In this document: positions 1 to 17,916 of the stretch, piece after piece
How positions within the stretch are numbered: position 1 is the stretch's first letter
How the letters are laid out: each line of letters starts with the position of its first letter
NCBI GenBank assembly: GCA_964016885.1
Contig: CAXHJY010001716.1
Span: forward strand, 1 to 30,288
Source: Eledone cirrhosa
Taxonomy: Eukaryota
Reading direction: 5' to 3'
DNA: 30,288 nt
Made by a program: the position numbers and the translations under genes
The notes under the pieces: generated by a model
Told to the model about the DNA's origin: nothing
The model's database searches: none
What the model saw: only the letters and a program-made list of their open reading frames with translations

Positions 1-460
1 AAACTTTACTCACTCCAACGTCGCCGTGAGCGTTATATTATCTGCATGATGTGGAAAATGTTCCATCATCACTGCCCAAATGATGTTGGCATCGCCTTCA
101 AGATACACCCAAGGCTTGGGCCCCGTGCTATCCGTCCCATTCAAAAATCTAAATCGCAACTCATAACAACAATACGGCACAATTATTTCACCTCAATCGG
201 CCCTGCTCTCTTCAACATCACACCAGGACACGTCAAAACAGAAACTGACCACACAAAATTCAAGAAGTCTTTGGACAAATTCCTCCAAGTAATCCCGGAC
301 AAACCACCCACACCCGGATATGTCTCCGCAAACAGTAATTCTCTTCTCGAATGGGCCATGGTGCCCAAATCCTGAATTGAAAGACTTCGCCAGGTGGTGC
401 TATTAAGTTAGACATGGCCTGGGCCAATACTGGCCAAAACATTTCAAAGTTATTCAAAGT

Positions 461-462
<2 letters not shown>
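1..462 (+). mobile_element. 3' end of a CR1/L2-group (Jockey superclade) LINE: ORF2 C-terminus (1-375) plus short 3' UTR/tail
   Basis: Frame 1 is open from base 1: KLYSLQRRRERYIICMMWK...GPALFNITP...[19 protein letters not shown]...NSNSL, stop at 373-375. These motifs are typical of the post-RT C-terminus of invertebrate CR1-like LINEs. The 3' UTR has a GGCCA-ATAC-TGGCC stem-loop (422-435) and a TTCAAAGTTA x2 tail (443-462) running into (TA)n. Confidence 0.8.
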
Positions 463-3190
<2,728 letters not shown>

Positions 3191-3248
3191 TCATTTCTAT
3201 AATACGAAGAGGGTGTTTGACTCAAACACGCTCCAGTATTCTAATCCT

Positions 3249-3265
3249 TATATATATGTATATAT

Positions 3266-3306
<41 letters not shown>

Positions 3307-3308
3307 AG

Positions 3309-3401
<93 letters not shown>
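3249..3401. repeat. (TA)n followed by (CA)n microsatellite
   Basis: Read directly; the pure (CA)n run is ~3326-3401. Confidence 0.97.
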
Positions 3402-3404
<3 letters not shown>

Positions 3405-3576
3405 TTCTTCTTACAGGGTTTAGAAAAATTGAAGGACTGCTACAATAAGTGTGAATCTGAGAGTGGAATATGTTGAATAAAATCATAATTAACTGATCCT
3501 CCTGTATTTTCTTTTACCCAAAGTTTCTCCTCTATGTATTTTCTGTATTTTCTTTTACCTTTCAGCATATCCTCTA
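3401..3576 (+). mobile_element. Tc1/mariner (mariner-type) transposon 3' remnant: transposase C-terminus and degraded right end
   Basis: With one frameshift, 3402-3480 reads [25 protein letters not shown], matching the mariner terminal motif FF..GI.KL..RW.KC....G.YVE*. CTTTCAGCATATCCTCTA near 3559-3576 resembles a degraded mariner TIR ending at TA. Confidence 0.7.
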
Positions 3577-3590
3577 TGTATGTATGTATG

Positions 3591-4456
3591 TTCTTCTGGT
3601 TTTATATTTTCACAAAGTTTTACCAATAGAGAGAGGGTCGTTTCTAACATAGACACAAGACTCTCTCATTGGAATTTACACAACATCAACTAGGTAGATA
3701 TGTATGTATGCATGCATGTGTAGATATGGATGTTATTGTATGTGTGGATGTGGATGTTTTGAGTTGTATGTGTGCATGTGTATATGCTTTGTATCTGTAC
3801 ATGTGTATATGCAGTTATTAAATGCAAAATTTTTGGAATGTTTTACATATTTTTACTGTTCCATTAATGGATTGTACTTGTAATTTCCTAACTAGTTGTG
3901 TTCTTTCTGTTCCTGTGAAGCCTAGCTTCTCAAGATTTGTACTGAGGCAGTTACTAACATAACCCAGTGCCCCAATAATCACAGGCATAAATCTGAAGGT
4001 GTAATCAGGGTGGAGTATCTGCAGATTTCTCATCAGTTCTGCATAAATCTTCTCCTTTTCGCTAATCTTTGATATTATATTGGCATCTGCTGGGCAGCTA
4101 ATTTCCACTACTGTGCATGCTTTCTTCTCCCTGTCCCATATCATAATTTCTGGTCTGTTATGCCTGCATTTTATTGGGGTTTTTACTGGAACATTCCAAC
4201 AGTACTCTTTCATATTATGTACGTGGATGTCTTCCACATTGCTGTAGCTTTTAATGTGTTTATTATCGGAACTATCTTTTTTACGAACTGCATTGTACAG
4301 TGTTTTGGTCACTACATCATGCCTCATAGGTAGATAGTACCGCCATGACATCTTTGGACAATTGCTTATGACATGGGTGATATCCTCGATGTTAGTTCTG
4401 CAGAGTCTGCACTTGTTATCACATCTAGGTGTTTTGCCTGCATCCCTATCTCTTTT
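3591..4456 (-). mobile_element. 5'-truncated R4/Dong-like non-LTR retrotransposon, copy 1: CCHC zinc knuckle, restriction-like endonuclease (3818-4456) and 3' UTR (3591-3817)
   Basis: The translation has CRLC-x8-H-x4-C, RHD, HNRPEIMIWD...VEISCP...KEKIY and PVIIGALG, the RLE-domain signature of R2-group elements (closest to R4/Dong). The usual catalytic PD reads PE. Flanked by (TATG)n at 3575-3590 and 4456-4477. Confidence 0.88.
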
Positions 4457-4477
4457 GTATGTATGTATGTATGTATG

Positions 4478-4764
4478 TTCTTCTGGTTTTATAATTTCAC
4501 AAAGTTTTACCAATAGAGGGAGGGTCGGTTTCTAACATAGACACAAGACTCTCTCATTGGAATTTACACATCAACTAGGTAGATATGTTTGTATGCATGC
4601 ATGTGTAGATATGGATGTTATTGCATATGTGGATGTGGATGTTTTGAGTTGTATGTGTGCATGTGTATATGCAGTTATTAGATGCACAATTTTTGGAATG
4701 TTTTACATATTTTCACTGTTCCATTAATGGATTGTACTTGTAATTTCCTAACTAGTTGTGTTCT
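4478..4764 (-). mobile_element. Second, shorter 5'-truncated copy of the same R4/Dong-like element
   Basis: Near-identical to 3591-3904, with the same 3' terminus TTCTTCTGGTTTT on + and the stop codon at 4678-4680. Bounded by (TATG)n at 4456-4477 and 4765-4779. Confidence 0.9.
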
Positions 4765-4779
4765 GTATGTATGTATGTA

Positions 4780-5155
4780 GGCGGAAGAACTCATAAGTGT
4801 CAACGGCCATCCAAAAGTGTATAAATATGTATATACACATGTACCGCCCGATTAAACCACTGGGAGTGAAGGACTCCTAGCCTTTGTCAGGGCATTCTTC
4901 TAGGAGAAGGCGACTCGGGAAACTGGGATAACTCCGATATAAAACTTGCGGCTCAGTAGTTACTGATGATGTTGATCTTTTCTTCTTTTCGGGATATAGC
5001 TACTGTCGCTCAGAGAGTGGGATTGGCTCAGTGCACACTTTCCTCACTTTAAAAAATATCTTCACGCACAGCCATTGCAAGATAGAATTAATTAATAATT
5101 ATTAATAATGGTATATCGTGCAATGGCCATACTCGATAACAAGGGGGCAGCCATC
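4780..5155 (+). mobile_element. Unclassified, probably retroposon-derived segment between two (TATG)n tracts
   Basis: Relatively GC-rich with several hairpins. CTAGGAGAAGG...AACTCC...TAAAAC loosely resembles RTE-type 5' UTR sequence (from recollection, unverified). Ends in (ATGT)n at 5156-5176. Confidence 0.3.
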
Positions 5156-5489
5156 ATGTATGTATGTATGTATGTATATGCGTGTGTGTCTGTGTCTGTA
5201 CTTTTAGCCAAGTAAATTTCACTAATTACACCTAAAGGACAGTTAGTAGTATTATACCAAGCAACATATTAGGTCTAGCACGCAAGAATACACACAGCAA
5301 TCCATCCAACCGGATTATGTATGGTGTTCATGTATTCAGTTTTACATATTCATAAACAATGCATTTATTTTGATACTAACAGAAATACCACATTTCGGGC
5401 GGTTTTTTTGCTAGTGTACCTACGTATGTGTGTGCGCGCGTGCGTTTCTTAATATATCTATTAATGTATACAAACGTATGAAAAATGAG

Positions 5490-6500
5490 GAAATTACATT
5501 TTTAACATGCAAATGATACGAATTCGCTCTGATATATTTCCTCTTGCGATTTGTTTAATTTAATACAATGCCATGTATTTTCTAAAAATTGGTTAACCGC
5601 AACTTTATTAAACAAAGATGGGATATGAACAATTAGCAGAAGCGTGATTGAAACAACTCAGTACAATACTTTCGATGAGATCCTAACCTTCTTCTAATTT
5701 TCATATTAAGTTTTCCTTTTTAATCGATTCTTGGATACTCCATAGCCACTATACTAAGAGCGCACAGTGAAGCGAATCGCTTATAATCAAATAAAGGTCG
5801 CTCTACGACAGGTTTGCCGTCGAGACCGTATCAATGGAGACTTTTTGTGTCCTTGGTCCTAGGACCACCTCCATACTCACCAACATCGGCAGAAAGTTCG
5901 TTACCCGCAGGTGCAAGCCTCGCGAGCTAGAATGGCTCCTCCAACGCATCTCCTTAACCATCCTCTAAGGGAAACGCCTTCTCTATTCTGTCCACGGGGA
6001 CCTCGGGGCGGCTAGTGTGTGGACCCTCATTTGTATATAATAGTGAAAGATGGGGAGAGCGAGAGAGACGGAGGCAGTGAGTAAAAGAAAGAGAAAATCA
6101 ACGCCCACACGCAAAGAAAGTTGAGATAATAAAATTGACTAAATTTCTTTCATGATGTGAGAACTCTACCGACTCACAACAACGTATTTCATTTTGTCGT
6201 TTTTTAATTTAGTACAATGACGTTTATTCTTGACAAAATGGTGACACCCCCACCAAAAGAAAAAAAAATTAATCAAAAATGGGATTTGAAATTGTAATAA
6301 ACAGCTCAACTGAGCACATTAAATGATTTGAACGTATACGAGTTGTCGAAACAAACTTTATTTTTTAATCGACTTTTGGATACTTCTACAGTGAAGAATA
6401 TCACGCATAATAAACTGGGCAAATTTCTTTCCTGATGTCAGAAGGATAGGAAATTGTTATGACATGTTTGATTTTTGTGGTTTATTTAGTTAATACTAAA
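5490..6500. repeat. Old, degenerate ~280-bp tandem repeat (2-3 copies) interrupted by an insertion
   Basis: Collinear matching blocks: 5555-5570/6204-6219, 5613-5629/6274-6290, 5717-5739/6362-6384, 5764-5772/6388-6396, and 6141-6163/6421-6443 (period 280). Confidence 0.6.
5801..6015 (+). mobile_element. 3' fragment of a CRE-like (RLE-encoding) non-LTR retrotransposon, frameshifted
   Basis: Translates LYDRFAVETVSMETFCVLGPRTTSILTNIGRKFVTRRCKPRELEWLLQRISLTIL, then after a +1 shift KGNAFSILST. This matches the CRE-type C-terminal motif ET.G..GP....L..IG......PRE...L.QR.S....RGNA..IL.T. Not in the ORF track. Confidence 0.78.
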
Positions 6501-6650
6501 GTTCAATACTTATATTTACCCTCTCCAGAAAGCCTTACGGACACACACACAGAAATTCGCATTTATTGTTTTAGATATGTAGCTAATGTCTATAATTCCT
6601 GCTTCGCGGTCGATGGAATTGGGTGCCAGTGTGATGGAATTAGTGTGTGT

Positions 6651-6652
<2 letters not shown>

Positions 6653-6701
<49 letters not shown>
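6653..6701. repeat. (TA)n microsatellite
   Basis: Read directly. Confidence 0.97.
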
Positions 6702-6704
<3 letters not shown>

Positions 6705-7056
6705 ACACCAAATATTATATTTTATCTGTTGAAAGCATACTAAAATTTAGTATCCTTGAAATACGTATAATAGAATAACGTTAAGATAGGGTACATTAAA
6801 AAAGTAGAAAAATGAGAAAATGGAAAATATAAATAAATAAATTAAGATAAGTGAGAGCATGTAAGTATATAGTATGTTTGTAGTAGTTTTGAGTAAGTGT
6901 TCGTATAAGTATTCCTTGATGGGTTTAGTGCTAACATGAAAAACCAGATTCGAGATGTACATAGATACGTGTAGAGGGTCCGATGTAGTGACATATAAAA
7001 GAAAAAACAATAAATTAGAGATGAATAGGTGGATATATGTATGAGATTTATGGGCT

Positions 7057-10727
<3,671 letters not shown>

Positions 10728-10912
10728 TAATTGCAAACTCGACTGTCACCACATATTATGAACCTGAAGATTGCGAAAGCATGAAAGTACTTGTTCAATT
10801 AACACTTAGAATTTAATATTCTATCATACTATTTCATTATAATACCATTATATATATTTTAAAGGATTGTAAATAAAACGAGTAAATCAGACAAAGTTGG
10901 AATTCCTCTTAT
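10728..10912 (+). mobile_element. Solo pseudo-LTR-like remnant of a Penelope-like element within (TA)n
   Basis: A 185-bp complex island between TA tracts. It carries a minimal hammerhead followed by AT-rich sequence with AATAAA (10872-10877), the layout known for PLE pLTRs. Confidence 0.55.
10759..10797 (+). ncRNA. Minimal type I hammerhead ribozyme
   Basis: TGAAC (stem I) - CTGAAGA (core) - T TGC GAAA GCA T (stem II, GAAA tetraloop) - GAAA - GTAC (palindromic AGTACT stem III) - TT (U16.1/H17) - GTTCA (stem I complement). Predicted cleavage after 10792. Confidence 0.8.
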
Positions 10913-10947
10913 TAATATATATATATATATATATAATAAATATATAT

Positions 10948-10994
<47 letters not shown>

Positions 10995-11015
10995 TATATT
11001 ATATATATATATAAT

Positions 11016-11049
<34 letters not shown>

Positions 11050-11086
11050 ATATATATATATATATATAATATATATATATTATATA

Positions 11087-11133
<47 letters not shown>

Positions 11134-11318
11134 ATTATATATATATATTATATATATATATATATATAATATATATATATTTTATATATATATATTTTAT
11201 ATATATATATTTTATATATATATATATATATAATATATATATATTTTATATATATATATTTTATATATATATATTTTATATATATATATATATATAATAT
11301 ATATATATTTTATATATA

Positions 11319-11358
<40 letters not shown>

Positions 11359-11472
11359 TATATTTTATATATATATATAATATATATATAATATATATAT
11401 ATATTATATATATATATTATATATATATATATATTGTATATATATATTATATATATATATATATATTATATA

Positions 11473-11517
<45 letters not shown>

Positions 11518-11551
11518 ATTATATATATATATTATATATATATATTATATA

Positions 11552-11596
<45 letters not shown>

Positions 11597-11782
11597 ATTA
11601 TATATATATTATATATATATTATATATATATATTATATATATATATTATATATATATATTATATATATATATATTATATATATATATTATATATATATAT
11701 TATATATATATATTATATATATATATTATATATATATATTATATATATATATATTATATATATATATATTATATATATATAT

Positions 11783-11814
<32 letters not shown>

Positions 11815-12642
11815 ATTATATATATATATAATATATATATATTATATATATATATATTATATATATATATAATATATATATATTATATATATATATTATA
11901 TATAATATATATATATTATATATATATATTATATATATATATATTATATATAATATATATATATTATATATATATATTATATATATATATATTATATATA
12001 TATATATTATATATATATATATTATATATATATATATTATATATATATATTATATATATATATATTATATATATATATTATATATATATATATTATATAT
12101 ATATATTATATATATATTATATATATATATATTATATATATATATTATATATATTATATATATATTATATATATATATATATTATATATATATATTATAT
12201 ATATATATATATATTATATATATATATTATATATATATATTATATATATATATTATATATATATATTATATATATATATTATATATATATATTATATATA
12301 TATATTATATATATATATTATATATATATATTATATATATATATAATATATATATATTATATATATATTATATTATATATATATATTATATATATATATA
12401 ATATATATATATATATATTATATATATATTATATATATATATATATTATATATATATATAATATATATATATAATATATATATATTATATATATATTATA
12501 TATATATTATATATATATATATATATATAATATATATATTATATATATATTATATATATATTATATATATATATATATATAATATATATATTATATATAT
12601 ATTATATATATATTATATATATATTATATATTATATATATAT

Positions 12643-12673
<31 letters not shown>

Positions 12674-12740
12674 ATATATATTATATATATATTATATATA
12701 TATTATATATATATATTATATATATATATTATATATATAT

Positions 12741-12771
<31 letters not shown>

Positions 12772-12807
12772 ATATATATATTATATATATATATTATATA
12801 TATATAT

Positions 12808-12839
<32 letters not shown>

Positions 12840-12945
12840 ATTATATATATATATATATATTATATATATATATTATATATATATTATATATATATTATAT
12901 ATATATATTATATATATATTATATATATATTATATATATATATAT

Positions 12946-12977
<32 letters not shown>

Positions 12978-13016
12978 ATTATATATATATTATATATATA
13001 TTATATATATATATAT

Positions 13017-13049
<33 letters not shown>

Positions 13050-13138
13050 ATATATATATATATATATTATATATATATATTATATATATATTATATATAT
13101 ATATATATATTATATATATATATTATATATATATATAT

Positions 13139-13170
<32 letters not shown>

Positions 13171-13196
13171 ATTATATATATATTATATATATATAT

Positions 13197-13228
<32 letters not shown>

Positions 13229-13274
13229 ATATATATTATATATATATATATATATTATATATATATATATATAT

Positions 13275-13306
<32 letters not shown>

Positions 13307-13431
13307 ATTATATATATATATATTATATATATATATATATATTATATATATATATATATATTATATATATATATATATATTATATATATATATATATATT
13401 ATATATATATATATATATTATATATATATAT

Positions 13432-13465
<34 letters not shown>

Positions 13466-13619
13466 ATTATATATATATATATTATATATATATATATTAT
13501 ATATATATATATATTATATATATATATTATATATATATATATTATATATATATATATATTATATATATATATTATATATATATATATTATATATATATAT
13601 ATTATATATATATATATAT

Positions 13620-13651
<32 letters not shown>

Positions 13652-13653
13652 AT

Positions 13654-13688
<35 letters not shown>

Positions 13689-13946
13689 ATATATATATAT
13701 ATTATATATATATTATATATATATTATATATATATATATTATATATATATTATATATATATTATATATATATATATTATATATATATTATATATATATAT
13801 ATTATATATATATTATATATATATTATATATATATATATTATATATATATTATATATATATATATTATATATATATATATTATATATATATTATATATAT
13901 ATATATTATATATATATTATATATATATATATTATATATATATATA

Positions 13947-13979
<33 letters not shown>

Positions 13980-14198
13980 TTATATATATATATATATTAT
14001 TTATATATATTATATATATATATATATTATATATATATATATTTTATATATATATATATTATTTATATATATTATATATATTATATATATATATATTATT
14101 TATATATATTATTTATATATATTATATATATATATATATTATTTATATATATATATATATATATTATTTATATATATTATATATATATATATATTATT

Positions 14199-14230
<32 letters not shown>

Positions 14231-14310
14231 ATATATTATATATATATATATATTATTTATATATATATATATATATTATATATATATATTATATATATAT
14301 ATATATTATT

Positions 14311-14342
<32 letters not shown>

Positions 14343-14937
14343 ATATTTTATATATATATATATATTATTTATATATATTATATATATATATATTATATAT
14401 ATATATATATATATTATTTATATATATTATTTATATATATTATATATATATATTATATATATTATTTATATATATATTATATATATATTATTTATATATA
14501 TTATATATATATATATTATATATATATATATTATATATATATATATTATATATATATATATTATATATATATTATTTATATATATTATATATATATATAT
14601 TATATATATATCTATTATATATTATATATATTATATATATATATTATATATATTATATATATATATATTATATATATATATATTATATATATATATATTA
14701 TATATATATATATATTATATATATATTATTTATATATATTATATATATATATATTATATATATATATATTATATATATATATATATTATATATATATTAT
14801 TTATATATATTATATATATATATATTATATATATATCTATTATATATTATATATATTATATATATATATTATATATATTATATATATATATATATATTAT
14901 ATATTATATATATTATATATATTATATATATATATTA

Positions 14938-14982
<45 letters not shown>

Positions 14983-15133
14983 ATATATTATATATATATA
15001 TATATATTATATATATATATATATATTATATATTATATATATATATATATTATATATATATATATTATATATATATTATATATATATATATTATATATAT
15101 ATATATATTATATATATATATATATTATATATA

Positions 15134-15192
<59 letters not shown>

Positions 15193-15243
15193 CATATATA
15201 TATATATATTATATATATATTATATATATATTATATATATATA

Positions 15244-15314
<71 letters not shown>

Positions 15315-15317
15315 ATA

Positions 15318-15361
<44 letters not shown>

Positions 15362-15364
15362 ATA

Positions 15365-15412
<48 letters not shown>

Positions 15413-15433
15413 ATATATATATTATATATATAT

Positions 15434-15464
<31 letters not shown>

Positions 15465-15494
15465 ATATATATATTATATATATTATATATATAT

Positions 15495-15525
<31 letters not shown>

Positions 15526-15791
15526 ATATATATATTATATATATATATTATATATATTATATATATTATATATATATATTATATATATATTATATATATT
15601 ATATATATATATTATATATATATTATATATATTATATATATATTATATATATATATTATATATATATTATATATATATTATATATATTATATATATATAT
15701 ATTATATATATTATATATATATATATTATATATATATTATATATATATATATATATTATATATATTATATATATATATATTATATATATAT

Positions 15792-15822
<31 letters not shown>

Positions 15823-15832
15823 ATATATATAT

Positions 15833-15923
<91 letters not shown>

Positions 15924-15953
15924 ATATATATATTATATATATTATATATATAT

Positions 15954-16015
<62 letters not shown>

Positions 16016-16020
16016 ATATA
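10913..16020. repeat. ~5.1-kb almost pure A/T microsatellite, (TA)nT-type with TAA and TTTT variants
   Basis: Read directly; I saw only four G/C bases (11436, 14612, 14837, 15193). Confidence 0.98.
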
Positions 16021-16124
16021 TTTATCTAAGGCGGGTAAAATTCCCGAGATCCATGGACGAGTTCTCTCCAACGGTCTCTGTCCCTCATTATAGCTGCCAT
16101 GTCCTGCGTCTCCAATAGACCAGT
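16021..16124 (-). mobile_element. Extreme 3' end of an RTE-clade LINE
   Basis: Minus strand 16124-16026 reads TGLLETQDMAAIMRDRDRWRELVHGSREFYPP*, matching the RTE terminal motif (D)TGL......M.DR..WR..V. It is followed immediately by the A/T microsatellite as tail. Confidence 0.75.
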
Positions 16125-16345
16125 ATAATATATATATATATTATATATATATGTATGACGATGTTATATAGAGATATGAGAGAAAATGTGTATAAACTTG
16201 AGAGTAAGAGAGACTGAAATAATCGAGATATAAATAAAAGTTATGTATGAAAAATTCTGTGTTTGGGTAGAGTGTGTGTGTGTGGAAGAGAGAGAAAAGA
16301 GTGAAAGAAAGATAGATAAGAATAGACAAAGCAAGAAAATGGCAC

Positions 16346-16379
<34 letters not shown>

Positions 16380-16629
16380 GGATGTTGCTATACAGTGTAT
16401 AGTATACACTGTAATTTCCCCTTGATATGTGACAGCTCATTCTAAAGAAATTCTTTATTGTGTATTATTTACTAGTAGGGCCTTGAGCAAATTCCAACTG
16501 TCATAAATGTTCTTATTTCTATTTTGATGCATTAATAGATCTTCATAACACTGTTTCATTATGTTAGCTATTCCGTTTGTCTTCATTTCCTTCCGTCGTT
16601 AGAATTGTTAAAACCGTAATAATCTAATC

Positions 16630-16822
16630 CTGTGTTTCTCAATCGGTAATCCCTTGAACCCTAGGGTTCGCTAGGGGATCCGCGAGAAACTACGATAAAA
16701 AATATATAAAATAGATAAATATCGAAAATGTTATATAATAATTTTTATGCAGGGCTCCCCGAAATATGAAAACTATTTCAAGGGTTCCACAAGAGTAAAA
16801 AAAAAGAAACTGAGAAACGCTT
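16630..16822. mobile_element. hAT (Charlie-like) MITE, degraded
   Basis: Imperfect TIRs CTGTGTTTCTCA...TGAGAAACGCTT (cf. CAGTGGTTCTCAA) and internal GAACCCTAGGGTTC / AAGGGTTCCA motifs. Candidate 8-bp TSD ATCTAATC (16622-16629) / CTCTAATT (16823-16830), 6/8 identical. Confidence 0.65.
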
Positions 16823-16844
16823 CTCTAATTTGTTTCATTATACT

Positions 16845-17020
16845 AAAGTCGTTAGAGCATCGGACAAATGTTTAGCAGTATAGTTCAAATCTAATGAAAG
16901 TCAACTCTAACTTTCATCCTGCGATTTCATTGGTCGATAAAATAAAGTTTCCGTAAAGTTCTGGCGGTCGATAAATCGACTTTACCCTCCCTTCAAATTG
17001 CTGTGTCTATGTAGAAATCA
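16845..17020 (+). mobile_element. tRNA-derived SINE, copy 1 (most degraded)
   Basis: GTTCAAATC B-box-like motif (16883-16891) and central CTTTCATCCT...GGTCGATAAAATAAAG shared with copies 2-4. Confidence 0.7.
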
Positions 17021-17205
17021 TTGGCAGTATCGGTAGAGGGTCGGACGCCATGCTTTCCAGCATAGTTACGTCCCTTTACGATCTGAGTTCAAATCCCGCC
17101 GAGGTTGACTTTGCCTTTCATCCTTATGGGGGTCGATAAAATAAAGTACCAGTAATGCACTGGGTAATTGCTGGCCTTGTGCCTAAAGTAGAAACAATTA
17201 TATTA
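17021..17205 (+). mobile_element. tRNA-derived SINE, copy 2
   Basis: A-box-like TGGCAGTATCGG (17022-17033), B-box GTTCAAATCC (17087-17096), central domain GACTTTGCCTTTCATCCTT...GGGGTCGATAAAATAAAGTACCAG, and tail TAGAAACAATTATATTA. Confidence 0.85.
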
Positions 17206-17211
17206 ACCATT

Positions 17212-17441
17212 TCGGTGGATTGGCAGAATCGGTAGTGCGCCGAACAACACGCTTAGCGACATAGGATTACGGCCTTTTACATTCCGAGTTCAAATCCCAC
17301 CGAGGTTAGCTTTGCCTTTCATCTTTACGAGGTCGGTAAAATAAAGCACCAGCAATATACTGGGGAAGATTTAATCTACTCCCCCCCCCCCCCAAAAAAA
17401 AAATGTGGGGTCTTGTGTCTGAATCAGAAATCATTATATTA
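17212..17441 (+). mobile_element. tRNA-derived SINE, copy 3
   Basis: TGGCAGAATCGG (17221-17232), GTTCAAATCC (17288-17297), the same central domain, and tail CAGAAATCATTATATTA. Confidence 0.85.
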
Positions 17442-17785
17442 AACATTTCGATCATGTCTTCGATTTGGTTCTATAATTAAAGGTCAATCATGACATATGC
17501 CATAAAAAGCAGAACACTATAATAGATTCATCTTTGTAAAGGTTTTTATTTTATCAAATGTAGAATTCTGTTTGAGGTAGTCTTTTGGTTGTACTTTTTC
17601 GTTATTTAGAAATGAGTGTTATCATATAACAAATATATAAGATTCATATATGTATGTATGCTCCTGTAACTACTGATAGTCGTAGGAGCGCCGGATTGAC
17701 ATACGGCGTTTCTTGGGCATTTTAAGCCTAGCGGAGCCTATCGCTCTCCAGATCTGAGTACAGAAGATTTCTTCCAGAGAAAGGA

Positions 17786-17916
17786 AAAATCGACCCCAGT
17801 ACTAGACTGGTACTTTTTTTATCGACCTCGAAAATTGACCTCGGTGGGATTTGAACTCAGAGAGCCGGAACGAGTACCATAAAACATTATATCCGACGTC
17901 CTATCTACTCTGCCAT
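17786..17916 (-). mobile_element. tRNA-derived SINE, copy 4 (inverted; its head merges into the 29-bp minisatellite)
   Basis: The reverse complement has CTGAGTTCAAATCCCACCGAGGTC (B box at 17847-17856) and GGTCGATAAAAAAAAGTACCAG...CTGGGGTCGAT. Confidence 0.8.

Noticed and set aside
3213-3229. Palindrome GTGTTTGA-C-TCAAACAC in a 60-bp island
   Set aside because: It is short and isolated; I cannot assign it to an element or function.
4457-4513. N-terminus MVKLCEIIKPEEHTYIHTY of the 231-aa ORF
   Set aside because: It is chance read-through from copy 2's 3' UTR and the (CATA)n tract; the true homology starts near 4456, so this is not an intact gene.
4963-4969. CTGATGA hammerhead-core or C/D-box-like motif
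   Set aside because: No downstream stem II and GAAA, and no closing stems.
16141-16620. Short ORFs or possible host exons (also 6459-7010)
   Set aside because: They are low-complexity and AT-rich with no recognisable domain or convincing splice pattern; small exons cannot be excluded without RNA data.
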